From contig CAVTOA010000003.1 in the NCBI GenBank assembly GCA_963736285.1, positions 153,644 to 217,643 of the forward strand: 64,000 nucleotides of DNA, read 5' to 3'. The translations under genes were made by a program, and so were the position numbers. Under the pieces are notes generated by a model. The model was not told the origin of the DNA. It ran no database searches and saw nothing but the letters and a program-made list of their open reading frames with translations. Shown here in pieces: positions 38,003-48,109 of this stretch. The DNA is from an uncultured Acidimicrobiales bacterium (GTDB lineage Bacteria > Actinomycetota > Actinomycetes > Mycobacteriales > QHCE01). Numbering within the stretch: position 1 is the stretch's first letter; each line of letters starts with the position of its first letter.

Positions 38003-38422
38003 ATGTGTGGTGTGACGCAAGAAGCTGAATCGCTACCCCTTGAGCCAACGCAAAGAAGCTTCTACCAGCAGGTGGGTGGTGCGCCGGTCTTTCAAAAACT
38101 GGTCGACTACTTCTACGCCGGAGTGCAATCAGATCCGGTATTGCGTCCGCTGTATCCAGAAGAAGACCTCGGCCCGGCCGCGGACCGGCTGCGCATGTTT
38201 CTGGAGCAGTATTGGGGCGGCCCAAAAACCTACTCCGAGCAGCGAGGCCACCCTCGACTACGCATGCGTCATGCTCCTTTCATCATTGGCCCAGCGGAAC
38301 GAGATGCGTGGCTACGGCATATGCGCACGGCATTAGATGCCCTCGAACTTGACGCACAGTACGACGCAGAACTGTGGGAATACCTTCAACGCGCGGCTAG
38401 CTTCATGGTTAATGCCCATTAA
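38003..38422 (+). CDS. glbO: Group II truncated hemoglobin
   Basis: '[56 protein letters not shown]'. ATG 38003 with a GGAG RBS. Confidence 0.85.
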   Translation: MCGVTQEAESLPLEPTQRSFYQQVGGAPVFQKLVDYFYAGVQSDPVLRPLYPEEDLGPAADRLRMFLEQYWGGPKTYSEQRGHPRLRMRHAPFIIGPAERDAWLRHMRTALDALELDAQYDAELWEYLQRAASFMVNAH

Positions 38423-38484
38423 GCCGGCCCTCACATTCAGCGGCCCGTGCCCGATAGCGAACAATTCTCACGGAAGGAACCACG

Positions 38485-40104
38485 GTGACGGAGTGGTGGC
38501 GTGACGCTGTCTTTTACCAAATTTATGTGCGTAGCTTCGCTGACAGCAACGGTGACGGCATCGGCGATCTCGCGGGCATTGAGTCTCGTTTGGACTATCT
38601 CGCGGGCCTGGGGGTAGATGCGCTGTGGCTTACCCCCTTCTACCGCTCACCGATGGCCGATCACGGCTACGACGTCGCTAATCCACGCGACGTAGACCCC
38701 AGCTTCGGCGACTTGTCGGCGTTCGATCGGCTGATTGCCTCGGCGCATCAACGCGGAATCAAAGTCACCGTCGACATCGTCCCCAACCATGTGTCGTCTG
38801 AGCACCCTTGGTTCGTGCAAGCGGTGCGCGCTGGCGCCGGCAGCCAGGAGCGCAGCCGTTTCATTTTCCGGAATGGACGAGGCGAGCACGGAGAGCTGCC
38901 ACCCAACAACTGGCCCTCAATATTCGGTGGACCCGCGTGGACGCGTGTCGTAGAACCAGATGGCACCCCTGGACAGTGGTACCTGCACCTGTTCGCTCCT
39001 GAACAGCCCGATGTCAATTGGGACAACTTTGAGGTTGCGGGAGATCTCCAGCGCACACTGCGTTTCTGGCTCAATCGAGGTGTGGACGGCTTCCGGGTAG
39101 ACGTCGCGCACGGTATGGCCAAGCCGATGGACCTGCCGGATCTTCCCGACCATCGTCTCCTTAAGGCCTATCACGGCGATCCGCGTCCGATGATGGACAA
39201 CGATGCGGTGCACGAGATCCATCGCATGATCCGATCGGTGCTCGACGAATATCCGGGCGCCATGGCCGTGGGTGAGGTGTGGGTTGGTGACCACGAACGT
39301 CGCCGACGCTATGTTCGTCGCGACGAGCTGCAACTGGCGTTCGACTTTTCCCTGGCAGAAGCCACATGGGAGGTCAACCCCCTGCAAGAAGCAATCGAGA
39401 GCGGCTTGGCGTCGGTGACGGGCACGCTCGCACCGCCATGTTGGGTACTGTCCAATCACGACATAGAACGGCATGTGACCCGCTACGGTGGGGGCGCCAT
39501 CGGCACCAGGCGAGCCCGAGCGGCGGCGCTGGTGCAGCTGGCCTTGCCCGGGGTCGCTTACCTGTATCAGGGCGACGAACTTGGCCTTCCCAACGTCGAT
39601 CTTCCGGATTGGGCTCTGCGGGATCCCATCTGGGAACGGTCTGGTCACGCGGTACGCGGGCGGGATGGCTGCCGAGTTCCCCTGCCCTGGCAGGGAACTG
39701 TGCCTCCATTGGGTTTCTCTGACGTCACGGTGGAGACTGGGAACACCGAGATAGCGACCACCGAGCCGTGGCTGCCCATGCCCGAGTCGTGGAGTGAGCT
39801 GACGGTGGAAAGGCAAGCGGCCGATCCAGACTCCGTGCTGACGTTGTATCGAGACGCGCTGCGGCTGCGCCGCAAGCTTCCGACGATGCGAGGTGGGTTC
39901 CACTGGCTGAACGCGCCAGACGGCTGTTTAGCGTTTGCTCGGAAAGGTGGCCTCACCTGCGTGGTCAACACCTCTGATCACGCCGTATCGCTACCCGTAT
40001 CCAATGTGGAGATAGCGTTGTTTAGTCAGCCACTCACCAGTGCTGACGGCGAGATGCTCACACACAACCTGCTACCTGGAAACAGCGCCGTGTGGCTGAT
40101 GTGA
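38485..40104 (+). CDS. aglA: GH13 alpha-glucosidase (oligo-1,6-glucosidase / trehalose-6-P-hydrolase-like)
   Basis: 'WWRDAVFYQIYVRSF', 'GVDGFRVDVAH', 'GEVW' and 'SNHD'. Confidence 0.9.
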   Translation: MTEWWRDAVFYQIYVRSFADSNGDGIGDLAGIESRLDYLAGLGVDALWLTPFYRSPMADHGYDVANPRDVDPSFGDLSAFDRLIASAHQRGIKVTVDIVPNHVSSEHPWFVQAVRAGAGSQERSRFIFRNGRGEHGELPPNNWPSIFGGPAWTRVVEPDGTPGQWYLHLFAPEQPDVNWDNFEVAGDLQRTLRFWLNRGVDGFRVDVAHGMAKPMDLPDLPDHRLLKAYHGDPRPMMDNDAVHEIHRMIRSVLDEYPGAMAVGEVWVGDHERRRRYVRRDELQLAFDFSLAEATWEVNPLQEAIESGLASVTGTLAPPCWVLSNHDIERHVTRYGGGAIGTRRARAAALVQLALPGVAYLYQGDELGLPNVDLPDWALRDPIWERSGHAVRGRDGCRVPLPWQGTVPPLGFSDVTVETGNTEIATTEPWLPMPESWSELTVERQAADPDSVLTLYRDALRLRRKLPTMRGGFHWLNAPDGCLAFARKGGLTCVVNTSDHAVSLPVSNVEIALFSQPLTSADGEMLTHNLLPGNSAVWLM

Positions 40105-40146
40105 GCAATCGCCTGCCTACTACTCAAAAGCGGAGAGCCGTGGAGA

Positions 40147-40192
40147 GCTTGTGTGGATTGGTTTCTGCCAAGACAGAGGCAATCCACACAGC
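40147..40192. repeat. Hairpin between the convergent aglA and ettA genes; second member of the GTGTGGATTGG family
   Basis: gcttGTGTGGATTGGtttctg (40147-40167) / cagaggCAATCCACACagc (40174-40192). Confidence 0.55.
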
Positions 40193-40194
40193 TA

Positions 40195-41868
40195 TTAGTC
40201 GCGGGTGAGTTTGCGGTAGGTAGCCCGGTGCGGACGAGTGGCGTCCGGGCCGAGGCGCTCCACTTTGTTCTTCTCGTACGAGTCGAAGTTACCCTCGAAC
40301 CAATACCAGTTGGCGTCGCCCTCGTAGGCCAAAATGTGGGTCGCCACCCGGTCGAGGAACCACCGGTCGTGGGTAATGACCACCGCACATCCCGGAAACT
40401 CTAGAAGCGCGTTCTCCAGCGACGACAGCGTCTCGACGTCGAGGTCGTTGGTGGGTTCGTCCAACAGCAACACGTTGCCACCCTGTTTGAGGGTCAACGC
40501 CAAGTTGAGCCGGTTCCGCTCTCCACCAGACAGGACCCCTGCCGGCTTCTGCTGGTCTGGCCCCTTAAAACCGAACGCACTCACGTATGCCCGCGACGGC
40601 ATCTCTACATGCCCTACTTGCAGGTGATCAAGGCCGTCGGAGACGACCTCCCAGACGTTTTTCTTAGGATCAATGCCAGCTCGGCTCTGGTCTACATAAG
40701 ACAGTTTGACGGTATCGCCGACCCGCACGTCGCCAGCGTCTGGCTTCTCCATGCCGACAATGGTCTTGAACAGTGTCGTCTTGCCCGCTCCGTTAGGGCC
40801 AATGATGCCGACGATTCCGTTACGTGGCAACGAAAAGCTCAAATCGTCGATCAGGACCCGATCGTCGAAGCCCTTGCGCAACCGCCCTGCCTCAATGACC
40901 GAGCTACCCAGACGCGGACCCGGCGGAATCTGGATCTCTTCGAAGTCAAGCTTGCGTTCTTTGTCGGCCGCCGCCGCCATCTCCTCATACCGAGCCAGCC
41001 TGGCCTTGCTCTTGGTCTGCCGCCCCTTGGCGTTGGAGCGCACCCACTCCAGCTCTTCTTTAAGCCGCTTCTGGCGTTTGGCGTCTTTCTGACCCTCAAC
41101 TTTGAGGCGCTCCGCCTTTTTCTCCAAATAGGTGGAGTAGTTGCCTTCGTAGCCGATCGCGCGGCCGCGGTCGAGCTCCAGGATCCACTCGGCCACATTG
41201 TCCAAGAAGTATCGATCGTGCGTGACCGCGAGAACACAGCCCGGGTACTTGGCCAGGTGTTGCTCCAGCCATAGCACGCTTTCGGCGTCGAGGTGGTTAG
41301 TGGGCTCGTCCAGCAGCAACAAGTCTGGCTGCTGCAACAGCAGCTTGCAGAGCGCGACCCGGCGGCGCTCGCCCCCAGAAAGCACGGATACATCGGCATC
41401 CGGCGGTGGGCAACGCAGCGCGTCCATAGCTTGCTCGAGCTGTGAGTCGAGATCCCAGGCGTTGAGGTGGTCGAGCTGCTCCTGCAGCTTGCCCATCTCT
41501 TCCATCAACTCGTCGGTGTAGTCGGTGGCGAGTTGTTCGGCGATGGCGTTGAACCGCTCGAGTTTGGCCTTGGTCTCGGCTACGCCATCCTCGATGTTGC
41601 CCAAGACCGACTTGGTCTCGTCCAGCGGAGGTTCCTGCAGCAGGATCCCTACTGTGTAATCGGGAGACAACACTGCGTCACCATTGGACGGTTGCTCCAT
41701 CCCCGCCATGATCTTCAGCACGGTGGATTTACCGGCACCGTTAGGCCCGACCACCCCGATCTTAGCCCCGGGAAGAAACGCTAGCGTTACGTCGTCGAGA
41801 ATAACTTTGTCGCCGTGCGACTTGCGCACCTTACGCATGGTGTAGATGTACTGAGCCACGCCACTCAT
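40195..41868 (-). CDS. ettA: Energy-dependent translational throttle protein EttA (ABC-F)
   Basis: 'QYIYTMRKVRKSHGDKVILDDV' and two cassettes ('GPNGAGKST'/'LSGGERRRVAL', 'GPNGAGKTT'/'LSGGERNRLNL'). ATG 41868 with a GGAAGG RBS. Confidence 0.95.
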   Translation of the reverse strand: MSGVAQYIYTMRKVRKSHGDKVILDDVTLAFLPGAKIGVVGPNGAGKSTVLKIMAGMEQPSNGDAVLSPDYTVGILLQEPPLDETKSVLGNIEDGVAETKAKLERFNAIAEQLATDYTDELMEEMGKLQEQLDHLNAWDLDSQLEQAMDALRCPPPDADVSVLSGGERRRVALCKLLLQQPDLLLLDEPTNHLDAESVLWLEQHLAKYPGCVLAVTHDRYFLDNVAEWILELDRGRAIGYEGNYSTYLEKKAERLKVEGQKDAKRQKRLKEELEWVRSNAKGRQTKSKARLARYEEMAAAADKERKLDFEEIQIPPGPRLGSSVIEAGRLRKGFDDRVLIDDLSFSLPRNGIVGIIGPNGAGKTTLFKTIVGMEKPDAGDVRVGDTVKLSYVDQSRAGIDPKKNVWEVVSDGLDHLQVGHVEMPSRAYVSAFGFKGPDQQKPAGVLSGGERNRLNLALTLKQGGNVLLLDEPTNDLDVETLSSLENALLEFPGCAVVITHDRWFLDRVATHILAYEGDANWYWFEGNFDSYEKNKVERLGPDATRPHRATYRKLTRD

Positions 41869-41936
41869 CCTTCCAGGTGTCTCATTCCATGACCCAACGT
41901 GGTGTAGGTGAACAGAAGGCAAATCAAGGAGCCCCC

Positions 41937-43283
41937 ATGCAATTGCCGCATTCAACACCGCGCGGCTTGGCAGCTATTCCCGCGACTTCACCCGCGTCGA
42001 CGCGTGCACCATGGCGGGCACGAACCGCCCTCGTCATTGGTCTCATTGGTGCGACCGCGGCGCTCGCCGGATGCGATCAGCACATGAGCGCTGTCGCTAA
42101 TGCGAGCAACCTCGAAGGCGTCGGACCAGTTACCTTGGCATTGCGCTCCGACCACATCACCCCCACCATTCGCAGCCAAATCGATCAGTGGAACCGCACC
42201 CATAAAAGCGAAACGGTCACGCTCAACGAGCTGCCAGCGGGATCCAGCGCTGCCCGCAATGCCGTTACCTCCGATGCCAGCAATGGTAGAGAGCATTCGT
42301 CCATTCTGGAGCTTCCGTTCGACCAAGTCGCAGAATTCGCCGACCATGGTTGGATCGCACAGCTCCCGAGCACGAACCTCGCTCTGGACTCCATGCCGGA
42401 CCCGGTCGCGCAGAGCGTGCGGTACTCGGGTTCGGTCTACGCGGTTCCTTATAGCCTCGACGTGGCCCTGCTCTACTACCGTGCCGACCTACTGCAGAAG
42501 GCCGGAGCGCAGCCTCCATCCACATGGGACGATGTGGCCGCTGATTGTGCCGCGATAGCCAATCCCCAGCACCTCAATTGCTTTGGTCTTCCACTATCCG
42601 ATAAGAACGAATTAACCCGCGCCGCTATAGACGCCGTGTCCACATCGGATGGAGCGCTGATCGACAGCAACGATGCCCCCGCCGCCGACACCGACCAAGC
42701 CAGGGAAGGCATCGGCGCACTAGTGAGCCGCGCTCAGGACGGCACCATCACCCGCGACCAATCCTCCACTGCACTGCGAAGCGCCTTCACCGACGGAAAG
42801 CTGTTGTTCTTGCGGGACACCGCCGATTCTGCGGGTGCGTTAACCGCAGCACAGCCACCTACCGAAACCGCTGGGCAGGACGGCAGCGTCGGCGTCGCCA
42901 CCGTGCCCAGTGTGCACGGCGGCGGGTCAGTGACCGCCGAAGGCGACGCGCTGGCAGTCTCCGCTTCCGCTGAGCACCAGGAGACCGCGCTCTCCGTCAT
43001 TGCCTACTTGGCACACTCACGCAACGCGGACGCCCGTACCGCAGCTGACGGCACACCGACGCCATACCCACAACATTGGACGAATGCGGTAGTCCAGCGC
43101 TATCCAGCGCTTGGCGTCGTTCGAGACGCCACCTCGGGCGCGGTGCCGTGCCTGCCCATCACCCGCTACGCCGCTTTTAGCGAAGCTGTCTCCGATGCGC
43201 TCGGCCAGTCTTTACGAGGAGAAGCCTCGGTCGACCAAGCACTGGCCGGTCTTCAACGCCGCCTGGAGAATCTGCTCGGCTGA
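41937..43283 (+). CDS. Lipoprotein, ABC-transporter sugar-binding protein (family 1 SBP), orphan
   Basis: Lipobox 'ALAGC' and typical SBP blocks ('VYAVPYSLDVALLYYRADLL'). AAGGAG RBS before ATG 41937. No permease or ATPase genes are adjacent. Confidence 0.75.
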   Translation: MQLPHSTPRGLAAIPATSPASTRAPWRARTALVIGLIGATAALAGCDQHMSAVANASNLEGVGPVTLALRSDHITPTIRSQIDQWNRTHKSETVTLNELPAGSSAARNAVTSDASNGREHSSILELPFDQVAEFADHGWIAQLPSTNLALDSMPDPVAQSVRYSGSVYAVPYSLDVALLYYRADLLQKAGAQPPSTWDDVAADCAAIANPQHLNCFGLPLSDKNELTRAAIDAVSTSDGALIDSNDAPAADTDQAREGIGALVSRAQDGTITRDQSSTALRSAFTDGKLLFLRDTADSAGALTAAQPPTETAGQDGSVGVATVPSVHGGGSVTAEGDALAVSASAEHQETALSVIAYLAHSRNADARTAADGTPTPYPQHWTNAVVQRYPALGVVRDATSGAVPCLPITRYAAFSEAVSDALGQSLRGEASVDQALAGLQRRLENLLG

Positions 43284-43408
43284 CACCCGGGGCCAGTACA
43301 CCCATTTAAAAATCGCTGCCGCAAACGCACCAAGCCGCTAGCTCCTCTTATAGGGTAAAGCGGTCATATGCCATTGGCATTGCACGAGTCAGATGCGGGG
43401 GCATCGCG

Positions 43409-44827
43409 GTGACGGGCGAGGATCGTGCGGACTTTGTGGTGGTAGCGAACCGATTGCCCGTCGACCAGCACAAGGCCCGCAGCGGAAAAAGCACGTGGCA
43501 GCCAAGCCCGGGGGGTCTTGTGACCGCACTGGAACCAGTCATGTCTCGCGAAGACGGTGTATGGATTGGGTGGGCTGGCTCTCCAGGCTTGGCACCAGAG
43601 CCGTTTAGCGCTGACGGACTCAAACTGCACCCGGTTTCCTTGTCCAATGAGGACATTGTCGATTACTACGAAGGTTTCTCGAATGGAACGCTGTGGCCGC
43701 TGTACCACGACGCGGTGGCCGCGCCGCAATACCACCGGCATTGGTGGGAACGCTATTACACAGTAAACAAACGATTTGCCGAAGTCACCGCAGAGGCCGC
43801 AGCCGACCGGGCGACCGTGTGGATCCAGGATTACCAGCTACAGCTCGTACCCGGAATGCTGCGAGAGTTGCGACCCGATCTACGAATTGGCTTTTTTCTG
43901 CATATTCCGTTTCCCCCCATCGAACTATTCATGCAATTGCCGTGGCGCAAACAGCTTGTTCGGGGACTACTCGGTGCCGACTTGATCGGATTCCAACGGC
44001 CAGAAGGTGCCGACAATTTCTTGCGGCTCGCCGAATACTTGGTCGATCTGCCGCGCAAGGCCGATACCACCACAGTGGACGGACGCACGGTCACCGCACG
44101 AGCTTTTCCGATTTCTATCGATGCACCGCGATTGAGTGACCTTGCTTACTCGCCTTCAGTAAGGGACCGAGCAAAACAGATTCGGAAAGAACTGGGCGAT
44201 CCGCGCTACATCATTTTGGGTGTCGACCGTCTCGATTACACCAAAGGAATAGACAAGCGGCTCAAAGCCTTCCGCGAATTGCTGCGCGACAAAGAAATCT
44301 CCGTTCCAGAAACCGTTCTTGTGCAGGTTGCTACACCTAGTCGAGAAAGAGTAGAGCACTATCAAGAGCTGCGCGAAGACATCGAACGAGAAGTAGGGCG
44401 CATTAACGGCGACTTTGGCCGAGTGGGAACGGCGGCGGTTCATTACCTGCGGCAGTCCTACGGAAAAGAAGAACTGTGTGCGCTCTACAGCATCGCCGAC
44501 GTCATGCTGGTGACGCCACTGCGTGATGGCATGAATTTGGTGGCAAAGGAGTACGTCGCGTCTCGGCCAGATTTGGGCGGAACACTGGTACTCAGCGAGT
44601 TCACTGGTGCGGCCGCCGAACTTGAGGGTGCATTCTTGGTCAATCCACACGACGTGGACGGGCTCAAGCGCGCGATCGTCGACGCACTGCGGGTCGACAA
44701 AGAAGACGGTCGCCGAAGAATGTCGACCATGCGCGAATACCTGCTAGAACACGATGTTGCCCGTTGGGCGCGCGACTTTCTGACCGCACTAGGTGCGCCA
44801 GACGCAGAGAATGCGGCACCACGATGA
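43409..44827 (+). CDS. otsA: Alpha,alpha-trehalose-phosphate synthase (GT20)
   Basis: '[11 protein letters not shown]', '[11 protein letters not shown]', '[16 protein letters not shown]'. Confidence 0.93.
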   Translation: MTGEDRADFVVVANRLPVDQHKARSGKSTWQPSPGGLVTALEPVMSREDGVWIGWAGSPGLAPEPFSADGLKLHPVSLSNEDIVDYYEGFSNGTLWPLYHDAVAAPQYHRHWWERYYTVNKRFAEVTAEAAADRATVWIQDYQLQLVPGMLRELRPDLRIGFFLHIPFPPIELFMQLPWRKQLVRGLLGADLIGFQRPEGADNFLRLAEYLVDLPRKADTTTVDGRTVTARAFPISIDAPRLSDLAYSPSVRDRAKQIRKELGDPRYIILGVDRLDYTKGIDKRLKAFRELLRDKEISVPETVLVQVATPSRERVEHYQELREDIEREVGRINGDFGRVGTAAVHYLRQSYGKEELCALYSIADVMLVTPLRDGMNLVAKEYVASRPDLGGTLVLSEFTGAAAELEGAFLVNPHDVDGLKRAIVDALRVDKEDGRRRMSTMREYLLEHDVARWARDFLTALGAPDAENAAPR

Positions 44828-45792
44828 GTCGACCTTTCGGACTCGACGAACAAGCCAGCGTCTTGCGGGTGGCCTGCTCCCCCTGGCTCGATGTCGTCAG
44901 CGATTACGACGGCTCGCTCGCGGGCTTTGCTACCGATCCGGCTAAAGCGTGGCCGTTTCCCGGAGCAGTGGACGTGCTGCAGCGTCTCGCCACCACTCCG
45001 AATACTCGCACCGTGGTGTTGACCGGTCGCAACCCACTCGATGTGCGCCGGTTAATTCGATACGGCGCCGACAATTTTTCTCCCGACGAAAACACACTCA
45101 GCTTTACTCTCAAAAATGGCAAAACGGGAAAGCTGCTGGTGACGGGGAATCACGGCAACGTCGCAGATCCCGAGCTGCGGCAGCAGAAAAGCTCAGCAAT
45201 TTTGACCGACTATGACATGGCCATCCGAGAAAAACTCATCGCTGAACTGCGGAGTGCACTCGGCGAGCAATTCCCAAAATATTCCGACAAGATCGTCGAC
45301 AGCGCCAGTGACAATCCTGATAATTCTATTTTCCTAGAGCACAAGACCACCGGCGTCACAGTTCATACGCGCTCGTTTCGCACAGAGGCACAGCACGATG
45401 CCGAACGCATAAATGACTTTGCGCACACATTTGCTAAGGAGTACTCGGAGAAAAATGCTCCACTATTTGTTCTCTCCGGCGTAAAAAGCACCGAAATCTC
45501 AGTTCGAAAGCTCAATAAAGGAAACGGAATTGCGCAAATACGCGCGACGCAACCCCGCAATGTCTCGGCCAGTCTGATCTTCATTGGAGACGACATCACC
45601 GACCTATCGGCGTTCACCCGACTGGGTTCGGACGATCTTGGCGTGGTCGTAGGAGATCGGATTGTCCAAGAAATTCAGAGCATGGAAAAAAAACCGGAGA
45701 AGCTCATTTTTGTCGATGAACCGGCAGCCGTGGTCACCCTGCTAGAGCAGATCAGTCTCATGAGAGAAACGAGCGTCGCATCAACAAGCTAG
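44824..45792 (+). CDS. otsB: Trehalose-phosphate phosphatase (HAD)
   Basis: The ATG overlaps the otsA stop (ATGA). Motif I 'VSDYDGSL', motif IV 'FIGDDITD'. Confidence 0.8.
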   Translation: MSRPFGLDEQASVLRVACSPWLDVVSDYDGSLAGFATDPAKAWPFPGAVDVLQRLATTPNTRTVVLTGRNPLDVRRLIRYGADNFSPDENTLSFTLKNGKTGKLLVTGNHGNVADPELRQQKSSAILTDYDMAIREKLIAELRSALGEQFPKYSDKIVDSASDNPDNSIFLEHKTTGVTVHTRSFRTEAQHDAERINDFAHTFAKEYSEKNAPLFVLSGVKSTEISVRKLNKGNGIAQIRATQPRNVSASLIFIGDDITDLSAFTRLGSDDLGVVVGDRIVQEIQSMEKKPEKLIFVDEPAAVVTLLEQISLMRETSVASTS

Positions 45793-45809
45793 CCTCGTTG
45801 CCCTCCCCA

Positions 45810-45860
45810 AGCTGACCGGTCATTTTCTGGATTGAGACTTCAGAAACCGACCGGTCAGCT
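45810..45860. terminator. Bidirectional hairpin between the convergent otsB and cobB-like genes
   Basis: AGCTGACCGGTC (45810-45821) / GACCGGTCAGCT (45849-45860), perfect 12-bp arms. Confidence 0.5.
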
Positions 45861-47243
45861 GGAGGGCGCCATTCTGGAATTTGCGGCGGCTGCTCTCTCG
45901 GTAAAGAGCCTCATCCGTTGCGGCATCGCCGGCCAACCGAGCTCCAAAAAGGATGCATAGAGGTTACTCCGAACAAATCCCTCAGCTGGTCGGCCCGACC
46001 ATCGCCATGCGGCAGAACCGCCCGCGCGTGGGTCCATCTCCCACCGGCGAAGAACGTGACCGACAACCCGTGTTCCCGCGTTAGCCGCAACATGATCGCT
46101 GACAGCGATCGCGTCCCGATAGCCGCCGAAGGCTTGGTCGCCGAGGTGGGCGCGCCCACCAATAACGCCGCACATTTCATGCGAATCAAAACCGTTCGCC
46201 AGCCACCACACACCCCCGCCCTCCGCCAGAATCGGCGCATCGGCGGCCGCGAGTTGCCTGACCGCAGCACACAGCTCGGTATTTTTCGCCAGCTCCTCGA
46301 CATAGTGCGTTGGCAAACCTCCCCCGATGACCAGTCCCGACGTTGCCGGAGGCAACGCGGAATCTCGCAAAGGATCGACCAGCTCAATATGTGCCCCAGC
46401 CGCCTCAAGCAATGCACGGGTTTCGGCGTAGCCATAAGCAAGGTCGCCGGCACCGAGCATGGCCACTGTCGGTCTTTCTGATCCCCATCGTTCCGGCGCC
46501 TCCGCCCCCTCAACAGCGACAGCGTCCGACGCCGACCACATCGGCGAGCTGATAGCCGGCGCAGATCGCGCAATTGCCAGCAGCTGATCGAGATCGCACC
46601 CCCGCCGCACCGATGCGGCATAACTCGCGAGGGCGGCGGTGACCGTCCGATCACGATGCCCAGCGGGCACGATCCCGCTCCGGTGTGACGGCAAGGGGGC
46701 GAGGCCGTCACGATCGAGAACACCCAGTACGGTAACGCCGATCTCCATCAGTGCTTCGCGGAGTGAACGGGCATGAGAGCTCGATGACACCCCGGTGAAA
46801 ATAACGCCGGCAAGCCACAGCGAGGGATCGAAATTTCGCATTCCTTGAACAGTGGCTGCGGCTGAACGTCCTTGCCCGGCCGCATTCACGACCAAGACCA
46901 CTGGCGCCTGTAGCAGTGCGGCGACTTGTGCGGTAGTGGCCTGGGTGCCGGCATCGTCGTAGAGGCCCGCGACTCCCTCCACAATGGCCACATCTGCGGC
47001 CTGTGCGGCAGCGGCAAACAGTGGCGCTATTCGTTTGGGCCCCAGTAAACGAGGATCTAAGTTGTGCCCACGACGCCCGGCCGCGAGAGTGTGATATGCC
47101 GGCCCCACATGATCCGGGCCAATCGTGTGGCCGCTCACCCGCAGACCACGAGTATTGAGGGCCGCCAAAATGCCCGTTGTTACCGTGGTTTTGCCGCTTC
47201 CTGCTGACGGGGCGGCTATCACTAACCGTGGAACAACAGTCAC
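45855..47243 (-). CDS. Cobyrinate a,c-diamide synthase family protein (CobB/CbiA-like), orphan, with a degenerate glutaminase domain
   Basis: P-loop 'APSAGSGKTT'. The C-terminal GATase-3-like region reads 'ILAEGGGVWWL', where family members carry the nucleophile Cys (ECGG). Confidence 0.75.
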   Translation of the reverse strand: MTVVPRLVIAAPSAGSGKTTVTTGILAALNTRGLRVSGHTIGPDHVGPAYHTLAAGRRGHNLDPRLLGPKRIAPLFAAAAQAADVAIVEGVAGLYDDAGTQATTAQVAALLQAPVVLVVNAAGQGRSAAATVQGMRNFDPSLWLAGVIFTGVSSSSHARSLREALMEIGVTVLGVLDRDGLAPLPSHRSGIVPAGHRDRTVTAALASYAASVRRGCDLDQLLAIARSAPAISSPMWSASDAVAVEGAEAPERWGSERPTVAMLGAGDLAYGYAETRALLEAAGAHIELVDPLRDSALPPATSGLVIGGGLPTHYVEELAKNTELCAAVRQLAAADAPILAEGGGVWWLANGFDSHEMCGVIGGRAHLGDQAFGGYRDAIAVSDHVAANAGTRVVGHVLRRWEMDPRAGGSAAWRWSGRPAEGFVRSNLYASFLELGWPAMPQRMRLFTERAAAANSRMAPSS

Positions 47244-47317
47244 CGAATTTCCTTCTTATTTTTGTATCCGCGTTGGGGCTGATGGCGAATGCCTTCCACA
47301 ACACCTAATCTGACGCG

Positions 47318-48109
47318 ATGTTAAGCGAGCACGGCAAGCTGATCGGTGTCGAGGTATTTATCGGCGTGATGGCGGGCGTCTTGTCGGGCCTATTTGGGGT
47401 TGGCGGCGGAATTGTCCTAGTGCCTCTCATTACGCTGCTGTTGCACGTTCGGCAGAAGGACGCACATGCCACATCACTGGTCGCCGTGTGTCTCACCTCC
47501 CTTGTTGGTAGCGCCTCCTATGCCATCACCGGAAATGTGTATTGGCTTGCGGTTGTCATGTTGGCGGTGGGCGGCATTGTCGGTGCACGGATAGGGGCGG
47601 CGACGGTGCGTCGAATCAGCGATCGCCGGCTACGCATCGCCTTTGCCGTGCTGTTGTGCGTGGTAGCGGTAGTGCTGCTGACTGGCGTGACCCCGAAAGA
47701 AGGCCTCACCGCCGGTCTCGGCTCCGCCGGAATGATTCTCAAGGCATTGGGCTATCTCGGCACTGGCCTCGTCGCGGGAGTCCTTAGTGGACTTTTTGGC
47801 GTGGGTGGTGGATTGATCATGATTCCGCTGCTCGTTCTCATCGGCGGGCTCGACCAGCATGTGGCCGAGGGGACCTCGCTGGCCGCGATCGCCCCCATCG
47901 CGTTGGTGGGTGCACTCGAGCACAGCAAGAGTGGCTACACCCGCTGGTCGCTGGGTGTTCGGCTCGGCCTCGGTGGAGCACTGGGCTCTTTGGCCGGGGT
48001 CACGTTGGCGCTGGCACTTTCCGGAACCGTATTGCAGCGGATCTTTGCCGTAGTGCTCGCTGCCGCAGCAATTCAGATGGTGCTTACGAGTCGGGGTCAT
48101 CGAGGATAG
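47318..48109 (+). CDS. TauE/SafE family sulfite/anion exporter
   Basis: Internal duplication with 'LFGVGGGIVLVPL' and 'LFGVGGGLIMIPL', and 7-8 TM helices. Confidence 0.85.
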   Translation: MLSEHGKLIGVEVFIGVMAGVLSGLFGVGGGIVLVPLITLLLHVRQKDAHATSLVAVCLTSLVGSASYAITGNVYWLAVVMLAVGGIVGARIGAATVRRISDRRLRIAFAVLLCVVAVVLLTGVTPKEGLTAGLGSAGMILKALGYLGTGLVAGVLSGLFGVGGGLIMIPLLVLIGGLDQHVAEGTSLAAIAPIALVGALEHSKSGYTRWSLGVRLGLGGALGSLAGVTLALALSGTVLQRIFAVVLAAAAIQMVLTSRGHRG

